NCBI GenBank assembly: GCA_964252035.1
Contig: OZ176207.1
From: Podarcis erhardii
Lineage: Eukaryota
DNA length: 64,000 bases
Strand: one strand, 5' to 3'
Part shown: positions 62,181 through 64,000 of the stretch, in pieces
Position numbering within the stretch: position 1 is the stretch's first letter
Layout: each line of letters starts with the position of its first letter
Notes under the pieces: generated by a model
What the model was told of the DNA's origin: nothing
Seen by the model: only the letters and a program-made list of their open reading frames with translations
The model's database searches: none
Program-made: the position numbers and the translations under genes

Positions 62181-62489
62181 GTAAGCAGCTTTCTTTTGAG
62201 GTTAACTTTAAATCAGGAGACGATTTGGAATAATAAACTGCTCGTTCTCACCAAGAGTTTCGTTGAAAGGCAGAAAATAAATCTCTAAATTAGCTGCTCC
62301 TCAGAAACGGGGCCTCAAAAGTGAGCAAAAGAATTAACTAGGAAGCACCTGCCACTTTACTGGGAAACAAAACCAAAGGTGGGGAAGGATGGGTTTAGCG
62401 CAGCAGGAGCATATCCTGTATGTAGTGCATTTGATGTGGACCTTTTGGAGAGCAAAGACAATTTCTGATGAATTGCTGTTGTTTTTAAG

Positions 62490-62634
62490 GGACTTTAGAA
62501 GGCAGCTCTCCATTGATACCAGGCCTTTTCGACCCGCATCAGAAGGGAATCCTAGTGATGACCCTGATCCTCTTCCAGCACATCGGCAGGCCCTGGGTGA
62601 AAGACTTTATCCCCGTGTACAAGCAATGCAACCT
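62490..62634 (+). CDS. UBR5: UBR5 exon 50 (start of MLLE/PABC domain)
   Basis: DFRRQLSIDTRPFRPASEG...HRQALGERLYPRVQAMQP; AG/GT flanks. Confidence 0.97.
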
Positions 62635-62930
62635 GTAAGCCTAATGCTCTCTTCTGTCTACTGTGGCAAAAATCATTCTTGTTTCTTAATATGTACTGTA
62701 TTCCACTTAAAAATTGGGTGTGTCTACACATACTTGACATGTTGGTGAATAGTGAATAAGCCGAAGAATGCAAAGAGTTTTGCCTTAGACCTGCAATTCT
62801 TTGTAGTTGTCGGGCTCCGTTGAGGATCCTGTACTCCCCTAGGCATAGGGCTTCAAGATGGATTCCAGTGGAGCAGCAGCTAAATATGTAACAGGATCCA
62901 TACCTAGAGCATCTGCCTCGCGTTAAATAA

Positions 62931-63200
<270 letters not shown>

Positions 63201-63565
63201 TAAACTAACGTTATGGATAAATCCTTAAGGGAAAACTTTTTTAGATTGCGCCTGGCTTTGAGCTGTCACAGGGGGAAAATTGAATTAGATCTTTTGTACG
63301 TTGTAGCTCCTCTACAGAATTCCTGTGGTTTTGTACTTGTTTTTCTTTGTTTTCCCACTGGAAAACTATTTGTTGGGTATTCAGAATATTGAGAAAGGAA
63401 GATAGATCATTTAGCAGCTAGTAAAATCCATCTGTGCCCGCTTTCCATATTTCTTGAAGGACAAAAAGAGTGACTTATTTTACTAAATTACAATAACATT
63501 TAAATTGAATTTTAAAGCATGGCATTGACTCTGGTTAAACATTTTTCTTTCATTCTGTTCAAAAG

Positions 63566-63626
63566 GGAAAACGGAGCTGACAGTATCCTAGACCTTGGCT
63601 TGTTGGATTCTTCAGATAAAGTACAA
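63566..63626 (+). CDS. UBR5: UBR5 exon 52
   Basis: ENGADSILDLGLLDSSDKVQ; AG/GT flanks. Confidence 0.96.
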
Positions 63627-63929
63627 GTAAGACAAATGTTTTAACAGTGCCTTTATTAGTTTACTGTTATGTGCATGGAATACGTTGGACTGTTTGCAAG
63701 AGGAAAAGATTCTTTCAGTCTAGTACTGTGGTGATGAAACTAAATTTTATTTAAACTTTTCCCTTTAACTAAGTGTGCAATTCCATTAACTTTACCATTT
63801 GCTTAATTCCCTTTTTTTTACTTGGATGTGGTTTTGACAGACAACTTGTAACAGTGAAGAATATTTCAGTCTTCATTAGTGTGCAGAAAAAAACACCACT
63901 TTTTTACTTCTCTTTTTTTAAAAAAAAAG

Positions 63930-64000
63930 GAAAACAGAAAACGTCATGGTTCCAGTCGCAGTGTGGTAGACATGGAATTAGATGATACAGATGATGGTGA
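63930..64000 (+). CDS. UBR5: UBR5 exon 53 (truncated by window end)
   Basis: ENRKRHGSSRSVVDMELDDTDDG; acceptor aaaaaaaag|GAA. Confidence 0.94.

Overview
This window holds the promoter and first 53 coding exons of a vertebrate UBR5 (EDD/HYD) HECT E3 ubiquitin ligase gene on the + strand. The ATG is at 4086 and exon 53 runs off the window edge at 64000. The catalytic HECT C-terminus lies beyond the window. I mapped exons by translating the sequence and comparing with my recollection of the human UBR5 protein; no database search was run. Every visible junction keeps the reading frame. All donors are GT except one GC-AG intron (47964..48056). The start of exon 9 is hidden in a 156-N assembly gap. 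The repeats (Sauria SINEs, Squam3/MIR-like and tRNA-headed SINEs, L2/CR1/L1 fragments, hAT and Tc1/mariner MITEs) point to a squamate, probably a lacertid lizard (inference). The long ORFs in the six-frame track are GC-rich, antisense or repeat artefacts. I found no new protein-coding system. The best leads are regulatory or structural: a head-to-head SINE inverted pair next to a possibly bidirectional CpG-island promoter, a strong-Kozak uORF inside a YY1 motif, a sense poly(A)-signal insertion in intron 1, and a hairpin MITE family with a shared core but different termini. Others are an exact 20-nt intronic copy of exon 25, a cluster of short weak-donor introns at the end of the UBR-box, and an unidentified coding-like intronic segment.
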